Source of the DNA: a bacterium
GTDB lineage: Bacteria > Verrucomicrobiota > Kiritimatiellia > CAIKKV01 > CAITUY01
Direction: 5' to 3'
DNA length: 64,000 nucleotides
Assembly: GCA_037143175.1 (NCBI GenBank)
Contig: JBAWZF010000001.1
Span: 106,199-170,198 of the forward strand
Within the stretch, counting starts at the first letter, position 1. Every line of letters begins with the position of its first letter. The position numbers and the translations under genes were made by a program. The notes beneath the pieces were generated by a model, which saw only the letters and a program-made list of their open reading frames with translations, made no database searches and was not told where the DNA came from. This document shows, piece by piece, positions 18,484 to 27,100 of this stretch.

Positions 18484-19110
18484 ATGAATACACACATCCA
18501 TCCCGAGATCATTCTGTCGCGGACCGCCGGAATCCGGCCCGGCCAGCGGATGGTTGCTGCTGTCCTGCTGGCGGTGATGGGCTGGTTTGGTCTTCCCGCA
18601 TTTACTGTAACGGCTGCTTCTGAAGTATATAAGGAATACGAGGTCAAAGCCGTGTTTCTCTTTAACTTCGCCCAGTTCGTGGAATGGCCACAGGAGGCCT
18701 TTCAGGATGCCGCTACCCCCGTGTGCATCGGCGTGCTGGGGGATGATGCTTTTACCGACATTCTTGAAGGGATGGTAAAAGGGGAGACGGTCAAAGGGCG
18801 GTCCCTGGTGATCAAGAGGCTTCGTGATATGGCCGATGTCGCGACATGCCACGTGCTGTTCGTCAGCCGGTCAGAGGAATACCGGTTGTCAAAAATTTTC
18901 AGTCTTTTGAAAAATGCGGGTGTTTTAACCGTGGGGGAGTGCAAAGATTTTGCGATCCGGGAGGGAGTCATCAATTTCTTCCTTCAGGGGAATAAAATCC
19001 GGTTTGAAATCAATCCTGAGGCGGCGCGCAAGAAAGGACTCAAGATCAGTTCGCAGTTGTTGAGTCTCGCCAGAATTATTGAGATGGAACCCCCCAAGGA
19101 GAGGCGCTAA
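18484..19110 (+). CDS. YfiR/DUF4154 family periplasmic protein
   Basis: The signal peptide is followed by EYEVKAVFLFNFAQFVEWP, a CxGVLG motif, CHVLFVS, and the C-terminal INFFLQGNKIRFEINPEAARKKGLKISSQLLSLARI. This is collinear with P. aeruginosa YfiR (CVLG, CHLLYL, VSFEANLDSIARSGVRVNPSVLKLAR). Confidence 0.8.
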   Translation: MNTHIHPEIILSRTAGIRPGQRMVAAVLLAVMGWFGLPAFTVTAASEVYKEYEVKAVFLFNFAQFVEWPQEAFQDAATPVCIGVLGDDAFTDILEGMVKGETVKGRSLVIKRLRDMADVATCHVLFVSRSEEYRLSKIFSLLKNAGVLTVGECKDFAIREGVINFFLQGNKIRFEINPEAARKKGLKISSQLLSLARIIEMEPPKERR

Positions 19111-19114
19111 ACAC

Positions 19115-20707
19115 ATGAACTGGTTCCGGAATCTATCAATCAAGGGTAAGTTGATCCTGGCCATGCTGTTGACCAGCACCACCATCCTGGTGCTGGCTTG
19201 CACGGCGTTTGTCGCCTACGAGATGAATACGTTTCAGCGTGGGTTGAATCTCGAGATGAACGTTCTCGCCGATGTGTTGAGCCGTAACAGTACCGCGGCC
19301 TTGCAATTCGACGACCCGGTCGCTGCTGAAGTCACCCTCCACGCCCTGCAGGCGGAGCCGCATGTGGTTGTTGCCTGCCTTTACAAGGGAAATGGTGGAC
19401 GGTTTGCCTCCTATCACCGTAATGGTGACAAGGTGATGCCGCCCGAAAAAGCGGGTCCGGATGGATCCGTTTACCGCGCTGATCACCTGGAGATCATTCG
19501 GCCTGTCATGATGAATGACAAGCGGGTTGGATCTCTTTATCTCCGGGTGGATCTAGAGGGGATTCGTGAGCGTATTAACTTGTATGTCAGCATAGTTATC
19601 TTGGTGCTGATCAGCGCCTTTATCCTGACATTGGTCCTGGCGGCGGCGCTCCAGCGCGTGATTTCAAAGCCCATCCTGACCCTGGCGGACACCGCCAAGA
19701 TCATTAAGGAACGGAAAGATTATTCCGTTCGCGTTGAGGTTTATGGACAGGACGAAATAGGCCAGCTTACAGATGCGTTCAACCAGATGCTGGGGGAAAT
19801 TCAGGCGGGCCAGGAGACGATTCAGAAGGCGAACAAGTCGTTGCTGACTCAGGCCGGCCAGATCATGGATGGCGTCGGAATTTTGAGTTCATCCGCCAAA
19901 TCGATCCTCGGGTTCAGCAGCCAGTTGGTGGCCAATGCCGCCGATACCGTCACATCCGTGGTCGAGACCACGACCACTGTGGACGAGGTGCGGCAGACCG
20001 TGAAGTTGACAACCAGGAAAGCAGGACAGGTGGCCGAAGGCTCGGCCAACGCGAACCAAATCTCGCAGGCAGGTAAGAAGGCGGCCGAGGAGGCTGCGGA
20101 GGGGATGCGCCGTATCCGCACGCAGATGGATGCGATTGCCACCAGCATGCTCCGCTTAAGCGAGCAGAGCCAGACCATTCAGCAGATCATTGCGACGGTC
20201 GAGGACTTGGCGGCCCAGTCCAACGTGCTGGCGGTGAACGCCTCTATCGAGGCGGCCAAGGCCGGTGAACAGGGAAAAGGATTTGCCGTTGTGGCCCAGG
20301 AGGTCAGAAGACTGGCGGAACAGTCCAAGCAGGCCACGTCTCAGGTCCGGACGATCCTGAAGGAGATTCAGGCCGCCACTTCGATTGCCGTGATGGCCAC
20401 CGAACAGGGGACGCGTGTGGTGGAGACAGGAGTCAAACAGTATGCGGTGGCAGGAGAATCCATTCTTGCCCTGGCACGAAATGTCATGGAGGGAGCCCAC
20501 GCGGTGACGCAGATTGCCGCGTCAAGCCAGCAGCAACTGGCGGGAATGGATCAGGTGGCATCGGCCATTCAGAGTATCAAGGTGGCGGCGGATCAGAATG
20601 CGGATAACGCGAGGGAGTTGGAAACCTCCGCCCAACACCTTAACGAACTGGGCCAGAAGTTGAGGGAACTCGTCGTGCATTATGAAGGGCAGGAGACCGC
20701 CACGTGA
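19115..20707 (+). CDS. Methyl-accepting chemotaxis protein with YfiN-type (CHASE8-like) periplasmic sensor, HAMP and MCP signalling domain
   Basis: TM1 is at residues 12-34. The periplasmic segment VLADVLSRNSTAALQFDDPVAAEVTLHALQAEPHVVVACLYKGNGGRFASYHR parallels the YfiN periplasmic domain (ISYTVEAAVVFGDAQAAEESLALIASSEEVSSAIVYDRQGQALASWHRE). TM2 and a HAMP domain (ISKPILTLADTAKII...DEIGQLTDAFNQMLGEI) follow. The MCP core reads AAQSNVLAVNASIEAAKAGEQGKGFAVVAQEVRRLAEQS. Confidence 0.85.
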   Translation: MNWFRNLSIKGKLILAMLLTSTTILVLACTAFVAYEMNTFQRGLNLEMNVLADVLSRNSTAALQFDDPVAAEVTLHALQAEPHVVVACLYKGNGGRFASYHRNGDKVMPPEKAGPDGSVYRADHLEIIRPVMMNDKRVGSLYLRVDLEGIRERINLYVSIVILVLISAFILTLVLAAALQRVISKPILTLADTAKIIKERKDYSVRVEVYGQDEIGQLTDAFNQMLGEIQAGQETIQKANKSLLTQAGQIMDGVGILSSSAKSILGFSSQLVANAADTVTSVVETTTTVDEVRQTVKLTTRKAGQVAEGSANANQISQAGKKAAEEAAEGMRRIRTQMDAIATSMLRLSEQSQTIQQIIATVEDLAAQSNVLAVNASIEAAKAGEQGKGFAVVAQEVRRLAEQSKQATSQVRTILKEIQAATSIAVMATEQGTRVVETGVKQYAVAGESILALARNVMEGAHAVTQIAASSQQQLAGMDQVASAIQSIKVAADQNADNARELETSAQHLNELGQKLRELVVHYEGQETAT

Positions 20708-20709
20708 AC

Positions 20710-22482
20710 ATGGATTCGGATCAACTGGGTGCCGGGAAGTACACGACTTTTGTACGGGTGTCGGGTGGGGTTGTTTTGGCTTGGGCTTTTTTTGTTTGGA
20801 TCGGGTGGCGTTTTGATTATCCGGGCCTGACAAGCGTCTTGCCCGGTTGCAAAGCCATGAGCCCCCTGTCGGCGGTTGCGTTCTTTTTTGCGGGGAGTGG
20901 GCTGTTTTTGTGGAATGTCGCCTGTCCGGCCCGAAAACGGGTGCATCAGGTCGCCATCGGCCTGGGGGCGGCAGTGGTGCTGATCGGACTGTTCCGCCTG
21001 CTGGAAATTGTGTTCGATAAGGAATGGGGTTTTAATGCCCTGTTTCCCCTGCAGGTGACCCACATGGCTCCCCCTACGGCGGTTGCGTTCATCCTGCTCG
21101 GGTTCGCCTTGTGCAGCATGGGGGTTGGAACATGGCGTGGCATCAGTCTGGTCGAATGTTTCGTCCTGGTGCCGATTTTAATCGCGTTGCTGGTTTTGGT
21201 GGGGTACGGGTATCGGATACAACCCTTGTATTCCGTCAGTTCAGCAGTACCCGTCTCCTTCCCTTCGGCGCTGCTGATCATGATCCTTTCAGCGGGCATT
21301 CTCTATTCCTGTCCGGATCGGGGCCTGATGGGGCTGGTGACCCTCAAAACGGCGGCAGGGCGTATGGTGCGCCACTTGATGACGGGTAGCATGGTTCTTT
21401 TGTTCACCTTGGGCTGGCTTCGTCTGGAGGGGGAACGCTCGGGTCTATACAGTTCGGATATTGGATTTGCCCTGTTCATGATGTCGAATATCGTGCTTTT
21501 GGGAATGCTCATTTTCCGGAATGCCAGTCAGCTTCGCCGGGCGGAAATTCTGCATGAAGTGGAAGATGACACCCTGCGCAGGGAACACAAGGAATTGGAG
21601 GGCCATGCCGAGGAACGGACGCAGGATCTGGCACGGGTGGTGGCCGAACTGAGCAATGGTATTGCTATGCTCTTGGACGTAGCTCGTGATGTCATGACCG
21701 TCAGCAACCAGATGAGTACGGGGGCCGCCGAGACGGCCACGTCTGTGGCACAGACCGCCACCACTTTTGAAGAGGTCCGCCAGACCGTGCGAATGACCAC
21801 CCATGATGCGGGACAGGTTGCCTCGAGTGCCTTGCAGGCGGCCCAGTTTTCCCAGGAGGGGAGGAAATCCACTGAGGAGGCGATTGCCACCATGCAGCGC
21901 ATACGGGACGAAATGGATGCCATTGCCGATAGTATGATGCGGCTGAATGACCAGACTCAGTCCATTGGTCAGATTATCGACGCCGTGAATGCCCTCGCTG
22001 CGCAATCCAACCTCCTGGCTGTCAATGCCGCCATCGAGGCGTCGAAGGCAGGGGAACGAGGCAAGGGATTTTCTATTGTTGCTCAGGAGGTGAGGAACCT
22101 GGCGGATCAGTCCCGGCGGGCGACGCACCAGATCGGGATGATTCTGAATGACATCCAGAAGGCAACCCACCTGTCAGTCACGGCGATCGAGAACGGTCGT
22201 AAGGCGGTGGAAAGGGGTGTGTCTCAATCTGTGCAGACCGGCCATTCCATTGAGACGCTTGCCGCCAGCGTGAACTCCGCGGCGGAGGCGGCATCCCATA
22301 TCGCGAATGCCAATCAGCAGCAGCTCTATGGGGTGGATCAGGTATCGGTTTCCATGACGAACATCAGGGAGGCGACGACCAACAGCCTTTCCTGTTCCCG
22401 GCAGATGGAAGTCGCCGCACAGCATTTGAAGGAACTGGGACAGAAACTTGAGCAAGTGGTTGTCCAATACAAGGTCCCGTAA
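20710..22482 (+). CDS. Methyl-accepting chemotaxis protein with polytopic (about 7-8 TM) membrane-embedded N-terminal sensor, no HAMP
   Basis: The N-terminal ~270 aa are hydrophobic with multiple TM segments. The MCP core reads AAQSNLLAVNAAIEASKAGERGKGFSIVAQEVRNLADQS. The alternative GTG start at 20704 overlaps the upstream stop. Confidence 0.85.
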   Translation: MDSDQLGAGKYTTFVRVSGGVVLAWAFFVWIGWRFDYPGLTSVLPGCKAMSPLSAVAFFFAGSGLFLWNVACPARKRVHQVAIGLGAAVVLIGLFRLLEIVFDKEWGFNALFPLQVTHMAPPTAVAFILLGFALCSMGVGTWRGISLVECFVLVPILIALLVLVGYGYRIQPLYSVSSAVPVSFPSALLIMILSAGILYSCPDRGLMGLVTLKTAAGRMVRHLMTGSMVLLFTLGWLRLEGERSGLYSSDIGFALFMMSNIVLLGMLIFRNASQLRRAEILHEVEDDTLRREHKELEGHAEERTQDLARVVAELSNGIAMLLDVARDVMTVSNQMSTGAAETATSVAQTATTFEEVRQTVRMTTHDAGQVASSALQAAQFSQEGRKSTEEAIATMQRIRDEMDAIADSMMRLNDQTQSIGQIIDAVNALAAQSNLLAVNAAIEASKAGERGKGFSIVAQEVRNLADQSRRATHQIGMILNDIQKATHLSVTAIENGRKAVERGVSQSVQTGHSIETLAASVNSAAEAASHIANANQQQLYGVDQVSVSMTNIREATTNSLSCSRQMEVAAQHLKELGQKLEQVVVQYKVP

Positions 22483-22484
22483 AA

Positions 22485-24713
22485 ATGAACAGGCAGGAGG
22501 AAGAACTGTTGACGGCACTGAGGGCGGAATTCGCCGTCGAGGCCGTAGAGTATCTCCGCGCGATCACGGATGAACTCCTGGAATTGGAAAAGGGGCTGAA
22601 TCCCGACCGTCAGACCGTGGTGGTGGATAGCATCTGTCGGCAGATCCACAGCCTGAAAGGGGAGTCCCGTGCGGTTAATTTTCAGGACATTGAGACCATT
22701 TGCCATGCCCTGGAAAGTGTTTTGCTACCCTGGAAACCGCGTGGGTCTACGCCTCCACCGGGCGCCTTTGATACGCTGCACGAGGCACTGGATTCGATTC
22801 GGGCGATGCTTGCAACAGAAGGGGCGATGGGGCGACGTCAGCGTGATGAGGTGGTGGCCAAACTCGCGCTGTTCGTGCCAGCACCTGTGGCTGTTCCCGC
22901 CCCCCCGCCGCGGCCTGAACCTGTCCACCCTGAAACAGAAGAGGTTAAACTGCCGTCGGCGGAGGGAGGGGAAACGCGGCCTGAAGAAACCGTGCGGATG
23001 CCGGTGGCGCGGCTCGAGACGCTCCTGCTGCAATTGGAGGAGATGCTGGAGGTGAAGCTCACCCTGAATCAGCGGGCTGATGCCCTGCGGGCGGCGGTGG
23101 CCCTGGTTGAACAGGGAAAACGACAGGCGGTGAAAATTAACACTGAAGTCCGGTTGCTGGCAGGGGCTCAGGCCTGCCTGCCAACCCTCTTGGACGAGTT
23201 GCTGGAACGTCATAAAACCACGGTCAGCACACTCGGGGATGCCCTTGCCAGCCTCGCGAGGGGGGCAGATCAGGATGCCCATACGGTGAGCCTCCTGGTT
23301 GATAACCTTCTTGGCCAATCCAAGCGACTCCTGATGCTGCCTTTCAATACCCTGTTGGGGATTCTTCCAAAACTGGTAAGGGATCTCTGTCGTGATCAGG
23401 GCAAGGATGCGGAGATCGTCATCCGGGGGGGGGATATTGAGATCGACAAGCGAATCCTCCAGGAGTTGAAAGACGCCGTTATACACCTGACCCGCAACTG
23501 TGTGGACCACGGGATCGAGACGGTGGCGGTGCGGGAGCAGAAAAACAAGCCGGGTCGAGGAACCATTACCGTGGAGATCCTGCCGTTAGATGCCGGTAAG
23601 GTGGAACTGGTGATTCGGGATGATGGGGCAGGAATTGATGTCGAGGCGGTGAAAAAAGTAGCCATCAAACTGGGCGTGATTTCGGCCGCTAGCGCGGCGC
23701 ACCTGTCCCGGGACATGGCGTTAGATCTGATATTCCGGTCTTCTGTTTCTACCAGCAAGGCTGTGACCGCTGTCTCGGGACGCGGGCTGGGGATGGCGAT
23801 CGTGAAGGATCGGGTGGAAACGCTCGGTGGCCGGATAACGGTGGAAACCAGCCCGACTATGGGGAGCACATTCAGGATCACGCTGCCCCTTACCTTGACC
23901 ACATTTCGCGGTACCTTTGTGGACGCCGCTGGCCAGTGGTTCATTCTGCCTTCGGCCAGCGTGGATCGGGTCGCCCGGGTTCGGCGGAACCAGATCACGA
24001 TAGTGGACAGCCGGGAAGTGCTCTCTCTGGACGGTCACACCCTTGCGTTCGTGGAGCTGGCGGATGTGCTGGGGTTACCTTCGTTGGGCAGGTCGCCAAT
24101 GTATAAACCACTGGTCTCGATAGGGATTGTGGGTGTCGGGGATAAGCGAATCGCCCTTGGGTTTGATGAAGTTCTGACTGAGCAGGAAGTGCTGGTGAAG
24201 TCATTTATGAAGCCTCTTTCCCGGGTTCGCAATGTGGCTGGCGCAACGGTGCTTGCCTCGGGCCGTGTGGTGCCGATCCTCAATGTGGCTGACCTGCTAA
24301 AGTCAGCTGCCGTCCTTTCCAGTGCCCCCGCCCCCACCGCCCTGGAGCGGCAAAAGTCCCTCCTTTTGGTTGAGGATTCCATCATCTCGCGGGTGTTGTT
24401 CAAGTCCATTCTGGAGTCTGCCGGGTATGTGGTGAAAACCGCAGTCGACGGGGAGGGGGCGTGGGAGGTGATGAAGAAAGAAAATTTTGATGCCGTGGTT
24501 TCTGATATTGACATGCCAAGGCTGAACGGGCTTGAGCTCACCTCCCGGATCCGGCATGATAAACGCTTCGGTGATACACCCGTAATCTTGGTTACCGGGC
24601 TGTCGTCGCCGGAAGACCGTGTTCGCGGGTTAGAGGTGGGCGCTAACGCGTATATTGCCAAAAGCAGCTTCGAACAGAGCGACCTCCTTGAGGCGCTCAG
24701 GAGGGTGGTGTGA
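22485..24713 (+). CDS. cheA: CheA-type histidine kinase fused to C-terminal receiver domain (Hpt-dimerization-HATPase-CheW-REC hybrid)
   Basis: The Hpt motif is HSLKGESRAV. The HATPase_c motifs are HLTRNCVDHGIE, DDGAGID and GRGLGMAIV. A CheW-like domain (TFRGTFVDAAGQWFILP) is followed by REC (LLLVEDSIISR...VVSDIDMPRLNG...AYIAKS). Confidence 0.9.
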   Translation: MNRQEEELLTALRAEFAVEAVEYLRAITDELLELEKGLNPDRQTVVVDSICRQIHSLKGESRAVNFQDIETICHALESVLLPWKPRGSTPPPGAFDTLHEALDSIRAMLATEGAMGRRQRDEVVAKLALFVPAPVAVPAPPPRPEPVHPETEEVKLPSAEGGETRPEETVRMPVARLETLLLQLEEMLEVKLTLNQRADALRAAVALVEQGKRQAVKINTEVRLLAGAQACLPTLLDELLERHKTTVSTLGDALASLARGADQDAHTVSLLVDNLLGQSKRLLMLPFNTLLGILPKLVRDLCRDQGKDAEIVIRGGDIEIDKRILQELKDAVIHLTRNCVDHGIETVAVREQKNKPGRGTITVEILPLDAGKVELVIRDDGAGIDVEAVKKVAIKLGVISAASAAHLSRDMALDLIFRSSVSTSKAVTAVSGRGLGMAIVKDRVETLGGRITVETSPTMGSTFRITLPLTLTTFRGTFVDAAGQWFILPSASVDRVARVRRNQITIVDSREVLSLDGHTLAFVELADVLGLPSLGRSPMYKPLVSIGIVGVGDKRIALGFDEVLTEQEVLVKSFMKPLSRVRNVAGATVLASGRVVPILNVADLLKSAAVLSSAPAPTALERQKSLLLVEDSIISRVLFKSILESAGYVVKTAVDGEGAWEVMKKENFDAVVSDIDMPRLNGLELTSRIRHDKRFGDTPVILVTGLSSPEDRVRGLEVGANAYIAKSSFEQSDLLEALRRVV

Positions 24714-24716
24714 ACC

Positions 24717-25787
24717 ATGGATTCGCAGATGATCAAAATTCTAATTGTGGATGATTCTCCCATCTTCCAGAAGCTCTATACGCTACTGTTCCGGGCTGAT
24801 CCCGAACTCCGGGTCATAGGAATCGTCAACGATGGCGCGGAGGCGCTTGCGTTCGTCGCGAATCAAAGGCCGGATGTGATTTTGATGGACCTCCAGATGC
24901 CCGTGATGAACGGGTATGAGGCAACGCGGCGCATTATGGAAACGGATCCCATCCCGATTGTCATCTGTAGCGCCAGTTCCCAGCACGATGATGTCAACAA
25001 GACGTTTCAGGCGGTGGAAGCTGGGGCCGTGGCATTTCTTAACAAGCCAGCCGGTCCGGGGCATCCGGATTTTCAGAGCTCCGTGGCCAATATGATACAG
25101 ACCATCAAGCTGATGGCGGAGATCAAACAGGTGAAACGGATGCGGCGTCCGGCACAGGCGAGGGAGGAAGGCACCCGGCTGATGCCCGGTGCGATGTCGT
25201 TTGCCAACGCTCCCCGCGTGGTTGCCATCGGTGCCTCGACCGGGGGACCACTGGTGCTGCAAACGATCCTTGGGTTTTTGCCGAGGAATTATCCTGTGCC
25301 CCTGTTGATTGTTCAACACATTGCCGAGGGCTTTGTAAAAGGTTTTGCGGAGTGGTTGGGCAGTACCACGGGTTTTCCAATCCACATTGCAGAACATAAT
25401 GTCCGGGCATTGCCCGGGCATGTCTACCTTGCTCCAGACAATCTCCATCTGGGGATGTCGGCGGGTGGGACCCTGGTGTTGAGTGGGGATGCCCCAGAGA
25501 ATGGCCTTCGTCCGGCGGTATCTTACCTGTTCCGGTCCGTGGCCCTGACCTTCGGCCCTTCTGCCGTGGGCGTTTTACTGACTGGTATGGGAAAGGATGG
25601 TGCCCAGGACTTGAAGCAACTGAAGGAGAGGGGTGGGATCACCATCGCTCAGGACAAGGAGAGTTCACTGATCCATGGGATGCCGGGTGAGGCTATTCGT
25701 CTGGAGGCAGCGCTTCATGTGCTCCCGCCGGAAAAAATTTCCGCCCTGTTGGTGCAATTGGTGAACTCGAGAGGAGTGCTGCCATGA
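24717..25787 (+). CDS. cheB: Chemotaxis response-regulator protein-glutamate methylesterase
   Basis: The REC domain reads ILIVDDSPI...ILMDLQMPVMNG. The CheB catalytic domain reads VVAIGASTGGPLVLQTIL and IVQHIAEGF, with an HxxxD-type His. Confidence 0.9.
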   Translation: MDSQMIKILIVDDSPIFQKLYTLLFRADPELRVIGIVNDGAEALAFVANQRPDVILMDLQMPVMNGYEATRRIMETDPIPIVICSASSQHDDVNKTFQAVEAGAVAFLNKPAGPGHPDFQSSVANMIQTIKLMAEIKQVKRMRRPAQAREEGTRLMPGAMSFANAPRVVAIGASTGGPLVLQTILGFLPRNYPVPLLIVQHIAEGFVKGFAEWLGSTTGFPIHIAEHNVRALPGHVYLAPDNLHLGMSAGGTLVLSGDAPENGLRPAVSYLFRSVALTFGPSAVGVLLTGMGKDGAQDLKQLKERGGITIAQDKESSLIHGMPGEAIRLEAALHVLPPEKISALLVQLVNSRGVLP

Positions 25788-26953
25788 ACACACCGCTCAA
25801 AGCTCTCATCATTGAGGATTCTGAAAGTGATGCGCTTCTGTTACTTGCGTATTTGCGGCATGGGGGATATGAGCCTCAGTTTCGCCGGGTTGATAACGCG
25901 GCGGACCTTGCAGATGCCCTCAATCAGCAGACCTGGGATATTGTTTTCTCCGACCATAATATGCCGGGATTCAGCTCCACGGCGGCCCTTGCAATGGTCA
26001 GGGCCGTCAATGTGGACATTCCTTTTCTGATCGTGTCGGGGAGCATCGGTGAGGAAGTGGCTGTGGCTGCGATGAGGGCTGGCGCTCAGGATTACCTGAC
26101 CAAAGGACATCTGGCGCGCCTGGTTGCGGCGGTGGATCGGGAGCTGAAGGATGCGGAAGACCGGCAGGGCCGCCGGGCGGCGGAACGTTGTTTACTGGTT
26201 CGGGAGGAGGAACTTCGCATTGCGAAAGAGATCCAGCAACAGCTCTTTCCCGCCATCTCCCCGGCGTATGCGGGCTATGATATGGCGGGGGCATCATGTT
26301 CTGCCGAAGCCACGGGTGGTGATTATTTCGATTTTATTGCCGGTCCACACGGGGAGATTTTTGTCGTGGTGGGGGATGTTACCGGGCATGGCCTCGGACC
26401 CGCCCTGCTGATGACGGATGTCCGGGCTTATTTGAGGGCATTGGTTCTCTCGAACCGGAGCCTCGAGGACATTATGGTTCAGGCAAGACATCTCCTGGTG
26501 GAAGACCTTGGCAGTGACCGGTTCATCACGCTGCTCTTTGCCCAACTTAGTCCCCAAACCGGTGCGTTGGATCACATTAATGCCGGTCACCCGACCGGCT
26601 ATGTGATTGCGCATGAGGGCCATGTCCGTGAAGAATTGGTGGCGACGGCGCCAGCATTGGGCATTGATGCGGAGAACGAACGCTTGGTTTCCGCCCGGGT
26701 CTTGCTACAAAAAGGGGATCTGGTGTTTCTCCTCACCGATGGGATATTGGAATCGACGTCTCCTACCGGTGAAGAATTCGGAGTGTCTCGCGCACTGGAG
26801 CTGGTCAAAGGGGCTCGACACCTTCCCTCCGCGCAGATCATTCAACTGCTGTTTGATGAAGTTCGACGTTTCAGCGGCGCCGATACCCTTCAGGATGACA
26901 TTACGGCGGTGGTGATCAAATGCCAGAATGAGAACCATTGCATCCCGGCATAA
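25784..26953 (+). CDS. Response regulator with PP2C-type (SpoIIE/RsbU-like) serine phosphatase output domain
   Basis: The REC domain reads ALIIEDSESD...VFSDHNMPGFS. The PP2C/SpoIIE motifs are GGDYFDF, VVVGDVTGHGLGPALLMT and LTDGILE. It overlaps the cheB stop (ATGA). Confidence 0.85.
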   Translation: MNTPLKALIIEDSESDALLLLAYLRHGGYEPQFRRVDNAADLADALNQQTWDIVFSDHNMPGFSSTAALAMVRAVNVDIPFLIVSGSIGEEVAVAAMRAGAQDYLTKGHLARLVAAVDRELKDAEDRQGRRAAERCLLVREEELRIAKEIQQQLFPAISPAYAGYDMAGASCSAEATGGDYFDFIAGPHGEIFVVVGDVTGHGLGPALLMTDVRAYLRALVLSNRSLEDIMVQARHLLVEDLGSDRFITLLFAQLSPQTGALDHINAGHPTGYVIAHEGHVREELVATAPALGIDAENERLVSARVLLQKGDLVFLLTDGILESTSPTGEEFGVSRALELVKGARHLPSAQIIQLLFDEVRRFSGADTLQDDITAVVIKCQNENHCIPA

Positions 26954-27100
26954 ACTTGGGTTTCCGGCCTCTGGCCGAATCGAGCTTTTCACCATCTGAT
27001 GATTTTTTCTCCCCGCAACATTCTATTTTCTTTGCGGGCCGCGGTATGCAATAGTTCCGGCTCTTTGTTGGTATGAAATGGACGGACGGAGGTCGATTGG

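Noticed and set aside
22669-24763. Long antisense ORFs inside cheA (22725-23510, 23396-23998, 24035-24763)
   Set aside because: The CheA-REC frame carries all the diagnostic motifs. The antisense ORFs are Arg/Pro-rich GC artefacts.
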